NCBI GenBank assembly: GCA_938028835.1
Contig: CALIMJ010000038.1
Location: 8,808-72,807, forward strand
Direction of reading: 5' to 3'
Length of the DNA: 64,000 bases
Source of the DNA: an uncultured bacterium
GTDB taxonomy: Bacteria > Sysuimicrobiota > Sysuimicrobiia > Sysuimicrobiales > Sysuimicrobiaceae
Each line of letters starts with the position of its first letter. Within the stretch, counting starts at the first letter, position 1. Made by a program: the position numbers and the translations under genes. The notes under the pieces are model-generated. The model saw only the letters and a list, made by a program, of their open reading frames with translations. It did not search any database and had not been told where the DNA came from. Of this stretch, positions 46,335 through 55,550 are shown one piece after another.

Positions 46335-46403
46335 CACCGGTGCCTCCCCGGGAAGTGGGGTGGCCGCGCCGGTGGCGCCGGTCCGAGCTCGAAGCCGGGT
46401 GGG

Positions 46404-46610
46404 TTAGCCGATGACGCGGACGTTGGAGGCCTGGGGGCCCTTCTGACCCTGCGTGACCTCGAACTCCACCTTCTGGCCTTCCTGGAGGTTCCGGTACCCC
46501 TCCCCCACGATGGCGGTGTAGTGTACGAACACGTCCTTGCTGCCGTCGTCGGGAGTGATGAACCCGTACCCCTTCTCCGGGCTGAACCACTTCACGGTTC
46601 CCCTGGGCAT
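46404..46610 (-). CDS. csp: Cold-shock protein (CspA family)
   Basis: 68 aa; RNP1 KGYGFI, RNP2 VFVHY. Confidence 0.9.
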   Translation of the reverse strand: MPRGTVKWFSPEKGYGFITPDDGSKDVFVHYTAIVGEGYRNLQEGQKVEFEVTQGQKGPQASNVRVIG

Positions 46611-46654
46611 CCTACGCCTCCGTGCCGTTCTGCCCGCACAACGCGGGACAGGCC

Positions 46655-46683
46655 CATCATCGGCCAGCCCCCCGGCTTTGTCA
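46655..46683 (-). promoter_or_regulatory. Candidate csp promoter (TTGACA-17-GATGAT on the minus strand)
   Basis: Minus-strand TTGACA (plus 46678-46683) and GATGAT (plus 46655-46660); ~45-nt 5'UTR ending in GGAGG. Confidence 0.35.
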
Positions 46684-46730
46684 ACGGGCCGGCAAAGGAA
46701 CGCCACCGCGCAGGGAGAAAGGAACATCGG

Positions 46731-47876
46731 ATGACGTGTCCCCTGGTGTACAGCCCCGAGTGCCGTCGCTACGACTTCGGCGGCGGACACCCCCTGAACT
46801 CCAGGCGCCTGGAGCTCGCCACCGACCTCCTGCGGGAGCTGGGGCTCCTGGAGCGTCACGGCGTGGTGCCGCCCCGCGTGGCGTCGGACGAAGAGCTGGG
46901 GTGGGTGCACAGCGCGGAGTATGTGGCGGCCGTCCGCGCCCTCAGCGAGCGGCCGGACCACCCCTTGTTGAGCCGCCTGTACGGGTTCGGGCCGGGGGAC
47001 AACCCGCCGTTCCGGGGCATGCATGAGGCCGCCGCCACCATCGTGGGAGGGGCCCTGGTGGCGGCGGAGGGGATCGCGTCCGGGGCGTTCCTGCACGCGT
47101 TCCACATCTCCGGGGGCCTCCACCACGCGCAGCGGGCCCAGGCCAGCGGTTTCTGCGTGTACAACGACGTGGCGGTGGCCTGCGAGTTCTTCCGGCGTCG
47201 CGGGTGGCGGGTGCTGTACGTGGACGCGGACGCCCACCACGGCGACGGGACCCAGGCCCTCTTCTACGACACGGATGAGGTCTTGACCCTCTCCCTGCAC
47301 GAGACGGGTCGGTACCTGTTCCCCGGCACCGGGGAGCCCGAGGAGCTGGGCGAGGGGCGCGGGTACGGCTTCAGCGTGAACGTGCCCCTGTTGCCTCTCA
47401 CGGACGACGCCTCGTGGGTGGAGTGCTTCGAGTGCGTGGTACCCCCGGTGGCCCGCGCGTTCCGTCCGGACGTGGTGGTGACCCAGCACGGGTGCGACAC
47501 GCACCGCCGCGACCCGCTCACCGACCTCGGCTGCACCGTGTACACCGCGGAGTACTTCGCCCGCCGGATGCACGAGCTGAGCCACGAGCTCTGCGACGGC
47601 CGGTGGCTGGCTACGGGCGGCGGGGGGTACGATATCTGGCTGACGGTGCCGCGAGCCTGGACCCTGGTCTACGGGGTGGTCTCCCACCAGGACGTACCCG
47701 ACGAGGTACCGGACACCTGGCGCCAGCGGTGGCGACCGTTGGCACCGGTGGATCTGCCGCGCCGGATGCGGGAGGATCCCTCCTCCGACGCGCCGCCCGT
47801 GGTACGGGCGCAGAACCTGGAGACCGCTGACCGGGTCACGCGCCGGGTCCTGGAGATCCTGGGGGGGCGCGCGTGA
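46731..47876 (+). CDS. acuC: Histone deacetylase-family protein (acetoin utilisation AcuC-like)
   Basis: ATG after GGGAGAAAGGAAC; HDAC motifs (HHGDG, SGGLHHA, DxH); 381 aa. Confidence 0.8.
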   Translation: MTCPLVYSPECRRYDFGGGHPLNSRRLELATDLLRELGLLERHGVVPPRVASDEELGWVHSAEYVAAVRALSERPDHPLLSRLYGFGPGDNPPFRGMHEAAATIVGGALVAAEGIASGAFLHAFHISGGLHHAQRAQASGFCVYNDVAVACEFFRRRGWRVLYVDADAHHGDGTQALFYDTDEVLTLSLHETGRYLFPGTGEPEELGEGRGYGFSVNVPLLPLTDDASWVECFECVVPPVARAFRPDVVVTQHGCDTHRRDPLTDLGCTVYTAEYFARRMHELSHELCDGRWLATGGGGYDIWLTVPRAWTLVYGVVSHQDVPDEVPDTWRQRWRPLAPVDLPRRMREDPSSDAPPVVRAQNLETADRVTRRVLEILGGRA

Positions 47877-48241
47877 GGCCTGTGGTGTGGCTGGACAACA
47901 GCCCGTGGAGCTGGGAGGCCCTGGGCTACGCCCTTCAGCTGGCCCGGGCCCGACGGGTGGGGTTGGTGGCGGTGTGCGACCCCGGCCTGTCGCCACAGGA
48001 CCGGGATCGGGCGGTGGCCGAGGGCGCGGCGTGGAACGTGGACGTGGAGGTCCGCGTCCCGCCACCGGGAAGCCGCACCGAGTGGGAGGTGTGGCGGGCA
48101 GGCGGGGAGGAGGGAGCGGAGGTGGTGGTGGCCCCCAGGCGAACCGCGACCCGCAAGGTGGTGTTCGGAGCCGGCTTGGTGTGGCTGCTCACCAACGCGC
48201 CCGGCCCGGTGGTGGTGTACCGGTCCCCCAAGGAGCCGTGA
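47873..48241 (+). CDS. Universal stress protein-family (short) protein
   Basis: GTGA overlap with acuC; USP C-terminal ATP-binding-like [22 protein letters not shown]; 122 aa. Confidence 0.45.
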   Translation: MRPVVWLDNSPWSWEALGYALQLARARRVGLVAVCDPGLSPQDRDRAVAEGAAWNVDVEVRVPPPGSRTEWEVWRAGGEEGAEVVVAPRRTATRKVVFGAGLVWLLTNAPGPVVVYRSPKEP

Positions 48242-48242
48242 G

Positions 48243-48800
48243 TTGAGCATGCCGGCCGCAGCCTTTTGGGACCGGATGGGCCGGCCGGTGCAACTGGGGG
48301 AGTACCGGCCGGAGGAGCGCGGCCTGCTTGTGGCCATGTACCGCGCCTTCGACCCCGACCAGCGGGCGCAGGGGATCCCACCCCTGCACCCCCTGCGGCT
48401 GGCGGAGTGGGTCGAGGTCCTCACGGAGGGGGTGAACGTGGTGGCCAGGTGCGAGGGCCGGGTGGTGGGCCACGCCGCGCTGGTCCCCGACCGGGCAGGG
48501 TCCCATGAGCTGGCCATCTTCGTGCACCAGGACTACCAGGGCGCCGGGATCGGCAGCCGGCTGTTGCAGGCCCTGCTGGAACTGGGACGCGCCCGGGGTG
48601 TCCGCCACGTGTGGCTCACCGTGGAGCCGTGGAACGCGCGGGCCCAGGCCCTCTACCGCCGCGTGGGGTTCCAGCGCTCCGCCGCGGACCCGTGGGAGGA
48701 GGTGTGGGAGCTAGAGCTGGGCGAGCTTCCTGTTACCGGCCCACCCGGTGGTACTCCGGATTCGGGTGCCAGCCCAGAGCGTTCGCCAGGCGGTTGGTGA
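48243..48800 (+). CDS. GNAT-family N-acetyltransferase
   Basis: Acetyl-CoA motif A (QGAGIGSRLLQALLELGRARG); 3' end overlaps the convergent gene by ~68 nt. Confidence 0.65.
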   Translation: MSMPAAAFWDRMGRPVQLGEYRPEERGLLVAMYRAFDPDQRAQGIPPLHPLRLAEWVEVLTEGVNVVARCEGRVVGHAALVPDRAGSHELAIFVHQDYQGAGIGSRLLQALLELGRARGVRHVWLTVEPWNARAQALYRRVGFQRSAADPWEEVWELELGELPVTGPPGGTPDSGASPERSPGGW

Positions 48801-49305
48801 AGTTGAACATGGCAGCCACCTGGGCGATATCGAAGATGTCCTCGTCAGCCCAGCCGGCCTCCCGCAGGGCCTGGACGTCCGCCTCCGTCATGCGGTGTGG
48901 CTCCGTGGTGAGCTTGGCGGCGAAGTCCAGCATCGCCCGGTCCTTGCGGTCCAGGGGGGCGTGGCGGTAGTCGGTGGCGAGGGTGTCCGCCAGTACGGGA
49001 TCCTCGGTGAGCAACCGCAGGGCCGCTCCGTGGCTGGTGGAGCAGTAGTGGCACCGGTTGAGGGAGGAAACCACCACTGCGATCATCTCCCGCTGCACCT
49101 TCGTGAGGTTCGACGGACCCCGCATCAGGTAGTCGTAGTACTGCCACCAGCGGACGCAGTGCTCGGGCCGCACCGCGAAGATGCGGAACACGTTGGGGAA
49201 GATCCCCAGCCTCTCCACGGAGGCCCGCCCCAGCTCCCGGACCGCCTGCGGGAGCTCAACCTCCTCGGGGACACGGATCCACGCGAGCCGCCGTACGTCC
49301 GCCAC
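48733..49305 (-). CDS. Carboxymuconolactone decarboxylase / AhpD-like peroxidase-related protein
   Basis: CMD core with CxxxH (NRCHYCSTSHGAAL); 190 aa. Confidence 0.7.
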   Translation of the reverse strand: MADVRRLAWIRVPEEVELPQAVRELGRASVERLGIFPNVFRIFAVRPEHCVRWWQYYDYLMRGPSNLTKVQREMIAVVVSSLNRCHYCSTSHGAALRLLTEDPVLADTLATDYRHAPLDRKDRAMLDFAAKLTTEPHRMTEADVQALREAGWADEDIFDIAQVAAMFNFTNRLANALGWHPNPEYHRVGR

Positions 49306-49308
49306 GGG

Positions 49309-49659
49309 CTACCCCCGCCGGAACTCCTCGTACACCCGGTCGGTCTTGGCCGCCATCACGAAGTCGTTGCGGTGCAGGCCCCGGATCTTGTGGGTCCACC
49401 AGCTGACGGTGACCCTGCCCCACTCCGTGAGCAGGGCCGGGTGGTGTCCCTGCTCCTCCGCCAGCTCCCCTACCCGGTTGGTGAAGCGCAGGGCCTCGGC
49501 GAAGTTGGGGAAGGGGAAGGTGCGCTCTAGACGCGGGATACCGTCCCGCTCCACCACGGTCCACTCGGGGACCTCGCGGCGCAGCTCGGCCACCTCCGCC
49601 TCCGTGAGCGGGGGCTCGCCTCCCCGGCAGGGTACACAGCGCGTTTCGGCAAGACCCAT
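49309..49659 (-). CDS. phhB: Pterin-4a-carbinolamine dehydratase (PCD/DCoH)
   Basis: PCD signature ([30 protein letters not shown]); 116 aa. Confidence 0.8.
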   Translation of the reverse strand: MGLAETRCVPCRGGEPPLTEAEVAELRREVPEWTVVERDGIPRLERTFPFPNFAEALRFTNRVGELAEEQGHHPALLTEWGRVTVSWWTHKIRGLHRNDFVMAAKTDRVYEEFRRG

Positions 49660-49697
49660 AGCCTACAGCCTCCAGGATAGCACGGGTGGGCCGGCCC

Positions 49698-50099
49698 TCA
49701 CGGGGTCAGGACCACCGTGGGCAGCGCCTGCCCGCGGTCCCGGGCGGCACGGGCCACCAGCCGGCCCCCGAGGTGGTACCAGAGGCGGATACGGACCAGG
49801 CGGCGCAGCCCCTCGTGCGCCAGGGGCGGTTGGAACACCCGGCTGATGGCGATCTCCGACATGTCCCGGAAGAACCACCCCCAGTCCCCGCGATCCGGGG
49901 GCAGGGCCCGCACGCCATCCATGCGCACGTGCACGTCCACCTGTTGGCCCGAGGCGTCCAGGTGGACGGCGGTGACGGTGCCCGCGCCGATGAAGGACTC
50001 GACGAGGCGTCGCACCGCGGCGGCGGTGGGCAAAGCCGCCCCGTGGGCAGCGGCCACCGCCACCGCCGTTCCCAGCACCCCCGCCAGCCACCGGTGCAC
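49698..50099 (-). CDS. Hypothetical protein; start uncertain
   Basis: High-GC3 frame (longest ORF to 50162) upstream of the PCD gene; no domain assigned. The 49663-50256 ORF in the track is a low-complexity artefact of another frame. Confidence 0.3.
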   Translation of the reverse strand: MHRWLAGVLGTAVAVAAAHGAALPTAAAVRRLVESFIGAGTVTAVHLDASGQQVDVHVRMDGVRALPPDRGDWGWFFRDMSEIAISRVFQPPLAHEGLRRLVRIRLWYHLGGRLVARAARDRGQALPTVVLTP

Positions 50100-50281
50100 C
50101 TCCCCCGGTCTTCGCGGATCGCCACCCCGGTTCCTGCGGGAGCCCCTCCACCTCACGGACATAGACCGCAGCTATCCGTGGCATAGCGCGCATCGATTGG
50201 AAGGCGGTCACGGGGCGTGCTAGGTTGGGCGTGCGGGGACCGCCCGGAGGCGGCACCCGGTTGGGTCCGGAGGGAGAGGCC

Positions 50282-52162
50282 GTGCGCGTGAACCACGTGA
50301 AGCTCCTGGTCGGGGGGGTTCAGCTCCGCGACGGCGTGACCACCGTCACCGACATTCTCGGGAAGATCTTTACCCGCGCGGGGCTGTTCGCGGTGGCCAT
50401 GGAGAAGGGCTACGCGTCCACCATCTACGGGGCGCACCAGTTCGACCCCATGCTGGTCACCGAGGAACCTCCGGTGTCCTACGGAGATGCCGAGGTGGAC
50501 GTGCTGGTGGCCCTGGACTACGACAGCAACCCGGACGCCCCGGAGCAGCCCAACCGCGACACGGTGCTGCGGCACGGCGGCAAGCTGCGGGACGGCGGGA
50601 TCCTGGTGTACGACTCGTCGACCGGCGAGATCCCCACCGGAGCCCTGGAGGCGCGGGGCATCCAGGTCTTCCCCATCCCCGCCCGCAGGATCGCGCAGGC
50701 GGAGCTGAAGCGGGAGATCGTGAAGAACGTGGTGATGACCGGGGCCCTGTTCCGCCTGCTGCAGTTCGACTCCGACGAGACGTACCTACGGCAGCTGCTG
50801 GAGGAGCGGTTCCTGCGGAAGGGCCGTGAGGTGGTGGAGCTGAACCTGCAGGCGGCGCGGCGAGGCCGTCAGGAAGTGGAGCGAGTGCTGGAGGCGAACG
50901 GCTACGAGCTCCCCGTGCGGCTGGAGCCGCGGCCGGGCCGGCACCGGGCCGTGTACATCTCCGGGAACGAGTGTCTCGGGCTGGGCGCCATCGCGGGGGG
51001 GGTGCGCTTCTACGCGGGCTACCCCATCACGCCGGCCAGCAGCATCCTCGAGTTCATGGAGCAGTGGCTGCCCCGGTACGGCGGGCGCGCCCTGCAGGGC
51101 CAGAACGAACGGGAGAGCATTCGGGCCGCTCTGGGTGCTGCCCTGGCGGGGGTGCGGTCCATGGTGGGCAGCTCCGGGCCGGGGATCTCGCTGAAGGTGG
51201 AGGAGTTCGGAGTCAGCGGGGCGACGGAGACCCCCGTGATCGTGGTGGACGCTCAGCGAGCGGGGCCCTCTACGGGCATGCCCACGCGTCCGGAACAGGG
51301 CGACCTGAACCTGGTGATCGGGGGCGGCCACGGGGACTTCCCGCGGATCGTTCTGGCACCGGGCACCGTGGAGGAGTGCTACACCCTGATGCTGGAGGCG
51401 TGTGAGCTGTCGGACAAGTACCAGTGCCCGGTGTTCTTCCTGACGGACCTGAACCTTTCGGAGGGGAAGAAGACGGTGCTCGAGGAGGTGTTCCGGCGGC
51501 CTCAGGTGGTCCGGCACGGGATCGTGCGGGAGGAGGTCCGCTCTAAGCCCTACCGGCGGTTCGAGATCACCCCCTCCGGCATCTCTCCGCGCAGCGTGCC
51601 GGGCACCCCGGGTGTGGTCTTCAAGGCGAGCGGGGCGGAGCACGACGAGTTCGGGTTCGTGTCCATCGACCCGCGCAAGCGGGCGGCCATGATGGAGAAG
51701 CGCATGCGGAAGCTGGACACCTACCTCCGGGAGGACTGGAAGCCGCCGCAGGTGTTCGGCTCCGTGCGGGGGAACCCGGTACTGGTCGGCTGGGGGAACA
51801 CCCGGCCCGTGCTGGAGGAGGCGCGCTTGCTCCTGCAGCGCCGCGGGGTGCCGGTGGCCTTGGTCCACTTCACCCACGTCTTCCCGTTGCACCGCAGGAA
51901 GCTGGAGGCCCTGTTCGCGGACGCGGGCCCCGTGGTGGTGGTGGAGCAGAACTTCAGCGGTCAGTTTGCAGACCTGCTGCAGCGGGAGCTTCGGATCGCC
52001 ACCCGTCGGGTCAACAAGTACAACGGGGTGCCCCTCTACCCCACCGAGGTGGCGGAGGCCGTGCTGCAGGCCCTGCGGCGGGAGGGCGCGGTGGTGCGGA
52101 TCGGGGGCGACAGCCAGCCCGTGCCCGTGGAGGTAGGCCGCAATGAACACGAAGGGGATTAA
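50282..52162 (+). CDS. korA: 2-oxoacid:ferredoxin oxidoreductase, fused gamma-alpha subunit
   Basis: GTG after GGAGGGAGAGG; N-terminal gamma-like domain plus alpha domain (ISGNECLGLGAIAGG, YPITPAS). Confidence 0.8.
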   Translation: MRVNHVKLLVGGVQLRDGVTTVTDILGKIFTRAGLFAVAMEKGYASTIYGAHQFDPMLVTEEPPVSYGDAEVDVLVALDYDSNPDAPEQPNRDTVLRHGGKLRDGGILVYDSSTGEIPTGALEARGIQVFPIPARRIAQAELKREIVKNVVMTGALFRLLQFDSDETYLRQLLEERFLRKGREVVELNLQAARRGRQEVERVLEANGYELPVRLEPRPGRHRAVYISGNECLGLGAIAGGVRFYAGYPITPASSILEFMEQWLPRYGGRALQGQNERESIRAALGAALAGVRSMVGSSGPGISLKVEEFGVSGATETPVIVVDAQRAGPSTGMPTRPEQGDLNLVIGGGHGDFPRIVLAPGTVEECYTLMLEACELSDKYQCPVFFLTDLNLSEGKKTVLEEVFRRPQVVRHGIVREEVRSKPYRRFEITPSGISPRSVPGTPGVVFKASGAEHDEFGFVSIDPRKRAAMMEKRMRKLDTYLREDWKPPQVFGSVRGNPVLVGWGNTRPVLEEARLLLQRRGVPVALVHFTHVFPLHRRKLEALFADAGPVVVVEQNFSGQFADLLQRELRIATRRVNKYNGVPLYPTEVAEAVLQALRREGAVVRIGGDSQPVPVEVGRNEHEGD

Positions 52163-53006
52163 GCTCTGGGAGGAGAACGCCGTCCCTAAGCACCGCATCC
52201 AGTGGTGCCCGGGTTGCGGGGACTTCGGGGTGCTGGCGGCCCTCAAGCAGGCCCTCACGGAACTGGAGGTCATGCCCCACGAGCTGCTCCTGGTGGGCGG
52301 GATCGGTTGCTCGGGCCAGATCCGCAACTACCTGAACGGCAACGCGTTCCACGGTACCCACGGGGGCGCCCTCGCCTACGGGCTGGGCGCGAAGATGGCC
52401 AACCCGGACCTGAAGGTCATCTGCCTGGCGGGGGATGGCGACACCCTGGCCATCGGGGTGGAGAACTTCGTGCACGTGTGCCGGCGGGACCCCGACATGG
52501 TGCTGCTGGTCATGAACAACGGGGTGTACGGGCTTACGAAGGGACAGGACTCCCCCACCGCGGGCCTGGGGCAACCGGACGAACGCGGCAGCCGGGAGGA
52601 GCACCCGCCCATGGTGGACGCGCTCCTGCTGGCGCTGGCCAGCGAGGCCACCTTCGTGGCGCAGTCCTTCAGTGGGGACGTCAAGCACACGGCGCGGATG
52701 ATCGTGGAGGCCATCCAGCACCCCGGCTTCGCGTTCATCAACGACTTCTCCCCCTGCGTCACCTACAACCGCTTCAACACCTACGACTGGTTCCGGGAGC
52801 GGGTGGAGTACGTGCCGGACGACCACGACCCCTCCGACCGGGACGCGGCCTGGAGGTTGGTGCGAGAGTTCGCGCGCCGGGGCAAGATCCCCCTGGGCGT
52901 GGTGTACCGGAACCCGCGGCCGAAGCGGCCCCAGCGCCGGCTCCCCATGTGGGAGGACGAGCTGTCCGGGGTGGACCTGGATCCGGTCCTGGCGGGCTAC
53001 CGCTAG
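52143..53006 (+). CDS. korB: 2-oxoacid:ferredoxin oxidoreductase beta subunit (TPP-binding)
   Basis: WCPGCGDFG, TPP motif GDGDTLAIG; 287 aa; 20-nt overlap with korA. Confidence 0.85.
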   Translation: MNTKGIKLWEENAVPKHRIQWCPGCGDFGVLAALKQALTELEVMPHELLLVGGIGCSGQIRNYLNGNAFHGTHGGALAYGLGAKMANPDLKVICLAGDGDTLAIGVENFVHVCRRDPDMVLLVMNNGVYGLTKGQDSPTAGLGQPDERGSREEHPPMVDALLLALASEATFVAQSFSGDVKHTARMIVEAIQHPGFAFINDFSPCVTYNRFNTYDWFRERVEYVPDDHDPSDRDAAWRLVREFARRGKIPLGVVYRNPRPKRPQRRLPMWEDELSGVDLDPVLAGYR

Positions 53007-53016
53007 ATCTTCGCGG

Positions 53017-53373
53017 TTAGGTATTTCGGGCCACGACGATCTCGCTGTCGAAAAACCTCTCCTGGAACTCCACGAGGGCTCGGATCTCGTGCGCGGAGAA
53101 CGCCCTGCCTTCGGGCGCGACGACCAGCTTGTCTTCCTCGTCGTCGTGTCGGATGACGACACCGACCACAACGCCCTCGAAGGCCTGGAGGGGCTCGTAG
53201 ACGCCCAGAAGGTACGCATCCACGGGCGACCCGTCGCCGGACAGGGTGCCCGGCACGAACCCGTAGTTCACCGTGTACCAGATCGGATGACCGGCGGGGT
53301 GACGGCTCCCGAGCGGCCGGTCGACTTGGACGCGGACGCGTGCGCCCAGAAACTGCCGGAGGTCCGGTTTCAC
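53017..53373 (-). CDS. Short inorganic-pyrophosphatase-like protein
   Basis: Matches the family-I PPase core YTVNYGFVPGTLSGDGSPVDAYLLG (cf. [23 protein letters not shown]), but is only 118 aa and lacks the N-terminal strands. Confidence 0.45.
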   Translation of the reverse strand: MKPDLRQFLGARVRVQVDRPLGSRHPAGHPIWYTVNYGFVPGTLSGDGSPVDAYLLGVYEPLQAFEGVVVGVVIRHDDEEDKLVVAPEGRAFSAHEIRALVEFQERFFDSEIVVARNT

Positions 53374-53451
53374 GTGTCCCTCAGGAGAGCTGCGGGCACC
53401 CCGGAGGACGCGGAAGAACGGCCTTCAGACCCGGGGCCATCCCAACGCGCC

Positions 53452-53658
53452 CTAGTGGGCCCCGCAGCTGCAGGTTCCCCCGCACCCGCAACCCTCTGGT
53501 GAGCGGGCCGGGCGTGGAGCCGCGATGAGGGACACCAGACGACGGACGTCGTGGGACCCGCAGCGTTCGCAGAAGACACCGTCGGCGTCCGCGTACCCTA
53601 CTAGGCGTTCGAAGCGGTCCCCGCACTGGGTGCAGACGTACTCGTAGACCGGCATGGC
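53452..53658 (-). CDS. FmdB-family zinc-ribbon protein
   Basis: MPVYEYVCTQCGDRFE ... CERCGS, C-terminal Cys/Gly tail; 68 aa from ATG 53658. Confidence 0.7.
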   Translation of the reverse strand, partial: AMPVYEYVCTQCGDRFERLVGYADADGVFCERCGSHDVRRLVSLIAAPRPARSPEGCGCGGTCSCGAH

Positions 53659-53704
53659 GTCCCCTCCCTCCGCGGTCCATGATAGCAGGGGAGGGAAACG
53701 TCCC

Positions 53705-54355
53705 ATGGAGGAGCAGGCGCTGCGGGTACCCGTGGACGGGGATGGCGTGTTCGGAGACCTTTCGGTCCCGCGGGGAGCGAAGGGGCTGGTGGTGTTCGCT
53801 CACGGCAGCGGGAGTAGCCGCTTCAGCCCCCGCAACCGGTTCGTGGCGCGGAGGCTACGGGAGCGAGGGCTGGCCACCCTGCTGCTCGATCTCCTCACCG
53901 CCCAGGAGGAGCAGGAGGACGTGGGGACCGGCCGGTACCGGTTCGACATCGGGCTGCTGGCCGACCGGCTGCTGCGGGCGGTTGGCTGGACGGCCGACCA
54001 CGACGACCTCCGGGGGCTCCGGGTGGGCCTTTTCGGAGCCAGTACGGGCGCGGCCGCGGCCCTGCGGGCGGCGGCCGCGGCTCCCGAGCGCGTCGGCGCG
54101 GTGGTGTCCCGCGGGGGCAGGCCGGACCTGGCGCGGGAAGTCCTGCCTCGGGTCAGGGCGCCCACCCTGCTGATCGTCGGAGGGGCGGACGAGCCCGTCC
54201 TGCAGCTGAACCGGGAGGCCCTCCGGCTGCTCACGTGCGAGAAACGCCTCGAGGTGGTCCCAGGCGCGGGCCACCTGTTCGAAGAGCCGGGTGCCCTCGA
54301 CCGCGTGGCCGACCTGGCCGCGGACTGGTTCGCGCGGTACCTAGCAGGCTCCTAA
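53705..54355 (+). CDS. Dienelactone-hydrolase-family alpha/beta hydrolase
   Basis: VVFAHGSGSSRFS, nucleophile elbow GASTGAAAAL, LLIVGGADE, GAGHLFEE; 216 aa. Confidence 0.7.
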   Translation: MEEQALRVPVDGDGVFGDLSVPRGAKGLVVFAHGSGSSRFSPRNRFVARRLRERGLATLLLDLLTAQEEQEDVGTGRYRFDIGLLADRLLRAVGWTADHDDLRGLRVGLFGASTGAAAALRAAAAAPERVGAVVSRGGRPDLAREVLPRVRAPTLLIVGGADEPVLQLNREALRLLTCEKRLEVVPGAGHLFEEPGALDRVADLAADWFARYLAGS

Positions 54356-54765
54356 GCGCCCAGAAGCTGGGCCGCCCGTTCGTAGTCCTCGGCCCTCACC
54401 CAGAGGATCATCCCGTAGCGGCCCGCACCCGCGGTGGTGGCGGCTGCAGCAGTGATGTTGATCCCCCCCTCGCTGAGCTTGCGGATGTGCTCGGCGGCCG
54501 CCCCGACCCGGTCGTCGCCCTGTACCAGGAACGCCCGCTTGGGCGCGCTGAGCTGCCAGCCCTCCTGCGCGGCCACCCGCCGGAGCGCGTCGGGGTCCTC
54601 TGCCACCAGGTCCAGCTGGGCGCGCCCGCCCTCCACGGGGAACCCGAGATAAGCCAGCAGGTTCACCCCCGCCCGCTGCAGGGCCGCCAGTATCCGGAGC
54701 CCTTCGCCAGGCCGGTCCGGCACCACCACGTACTGGTACTCCACGCGCCGCACCACGTCCGCCAT
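54352..54765 (-). CDS. ACT-domain pair protein
   Basis: Two ACT-like beta-alpha-beta-beta-alpha-beta halves; 137 aa; 4-nt convergent overlap with the DLH gene. Confidence 0.5.
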   Translation of the reverse strand: MADVVRRVEYQYVVVPDRPGEGLRILAALQRAGVNLLAYLGFPVEGGRAQLDLVAEDPDALRRVAAQEGWQLSAPKRAFLVQGDDRVGAAAEHIRKLSEGGINITAAAATTAGAGRYGMILWVRAEDYERAAQLLGA

Positions 54766-54896
54766 GGCGCACCCCCCTTGTCCTTTCTGTCAGGTCCATT
54801 GTGCAGCAGCCGCGAGCCCGGCGACACGAGGTGTTGACGCAGCCTGCCGGGAGAAGCTAGACTTTAGCCTAAGCAAATTTAGTCGGAGGCAAACCA

Positions 54897-55550
54897 GTGA
54901 CCTCGGCCGCGGTGCAGGACTACCTGAAGGCGATCTACAAGCTGGGCCGGTCGGGCGTGCCGGTGGCCACCAACGCTATCGCCGCGCACCTGCGCGTGGC
55001 ACCCGCCTCCGTTACCAAGATGCTGAAGCGGATGAGCGCGCAGGGGCTGGTGACGCACACGCCGTACCACGGTGTGCGCCTGACGGCGGCCGGCCAGCGG
55101 GCGGCCCTGGAGGTGATCCGACACCACCGGCTGCTGGAGCTGTACCTGACGGTGAAGTTGGGGCTGCCCATCGAGCAGGCCCACGAGGAGGCGGAGCGGC
55201 TGGAGCACGCCCTGTCGGAGGACCTGGAAGAGCGTATCGCGCGGGTGCTGGGCGACCCCACCTCAGACCCTCACGGCGACCCCATCCCCAGCTCGGCCGG
55301 GGAGCTGCAGGAAGAGCAGCACCCCCGGCTTTCCGAGGCCGCGGCGGGCAAGACGTTCCGTGTGGAACGGGTCAGCGACAGCGATCCGGAACGACTCCGG
55401 CGTCTTGCCTCCCTGGCCCTACTGCCCGGCGCGCAGCTCCGGGTGCTGCGGAGGTCCGGCGGGTCGGTGACCGTGCAGACCGCAGAAGCCACCCACCGGC
55501 TGCCGGTGCGGGCCGCGGAGGGCGTGTTCGTGCGGGAGGTGCGGGAGTGA
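54897..55550 (+). CDS. mntR: DtxR/MntR-family metal-dependent transcriptional repressor (Mn-type, with FeoA/SH3-like C-domain)
   Basis: HTH (AIAAHLRVAPASVTKMLKRM), metal-site helix EQAHEEAERLEH (Glu at the DtxR Cys102 position, as in Mn-type repressors), DPHGDPIP; 217 aa. Confidence 0.8.
   Translation: MTSAAVQDYLKAIYKLGRSGVPVATNAIAAHLRVAPASVTKMLKRMSAQGLVTHTPYHGVRLTAAGQRAALEVIRHHRLLELYLTVKLGLPIEQAHEEAERLEHALSEDLEERIARVLGDPTSDPHGDPIPSSAGELQEEQHPRLSEAAAGKTFRVERVSDSDPERLRRLASLALLPGAQLRVLRRSGGSVTVQTAEATHRLPVRAAEGVFVREVRE

Noticed and set aside
46335-46403. Bidirectional intrinsic terminator between the methyltransferase and csp genes
   Set aside because: GC-rich direct repeats (GCGCCGG x2) and short palindromes are present, but there is no clean stem followed by a U-tract on either strand. 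Not callable by eye
49663-50256. 197-aa ORF (GGGAGNGGGGG-rich) on the minus strand
   Set aside because: Low-complexity Gly/Pro/Arg sequence. A different frame (49698-50162) has the high GC3 and ordinary amino-acid composition, so that one was kept as the hypothetical gene
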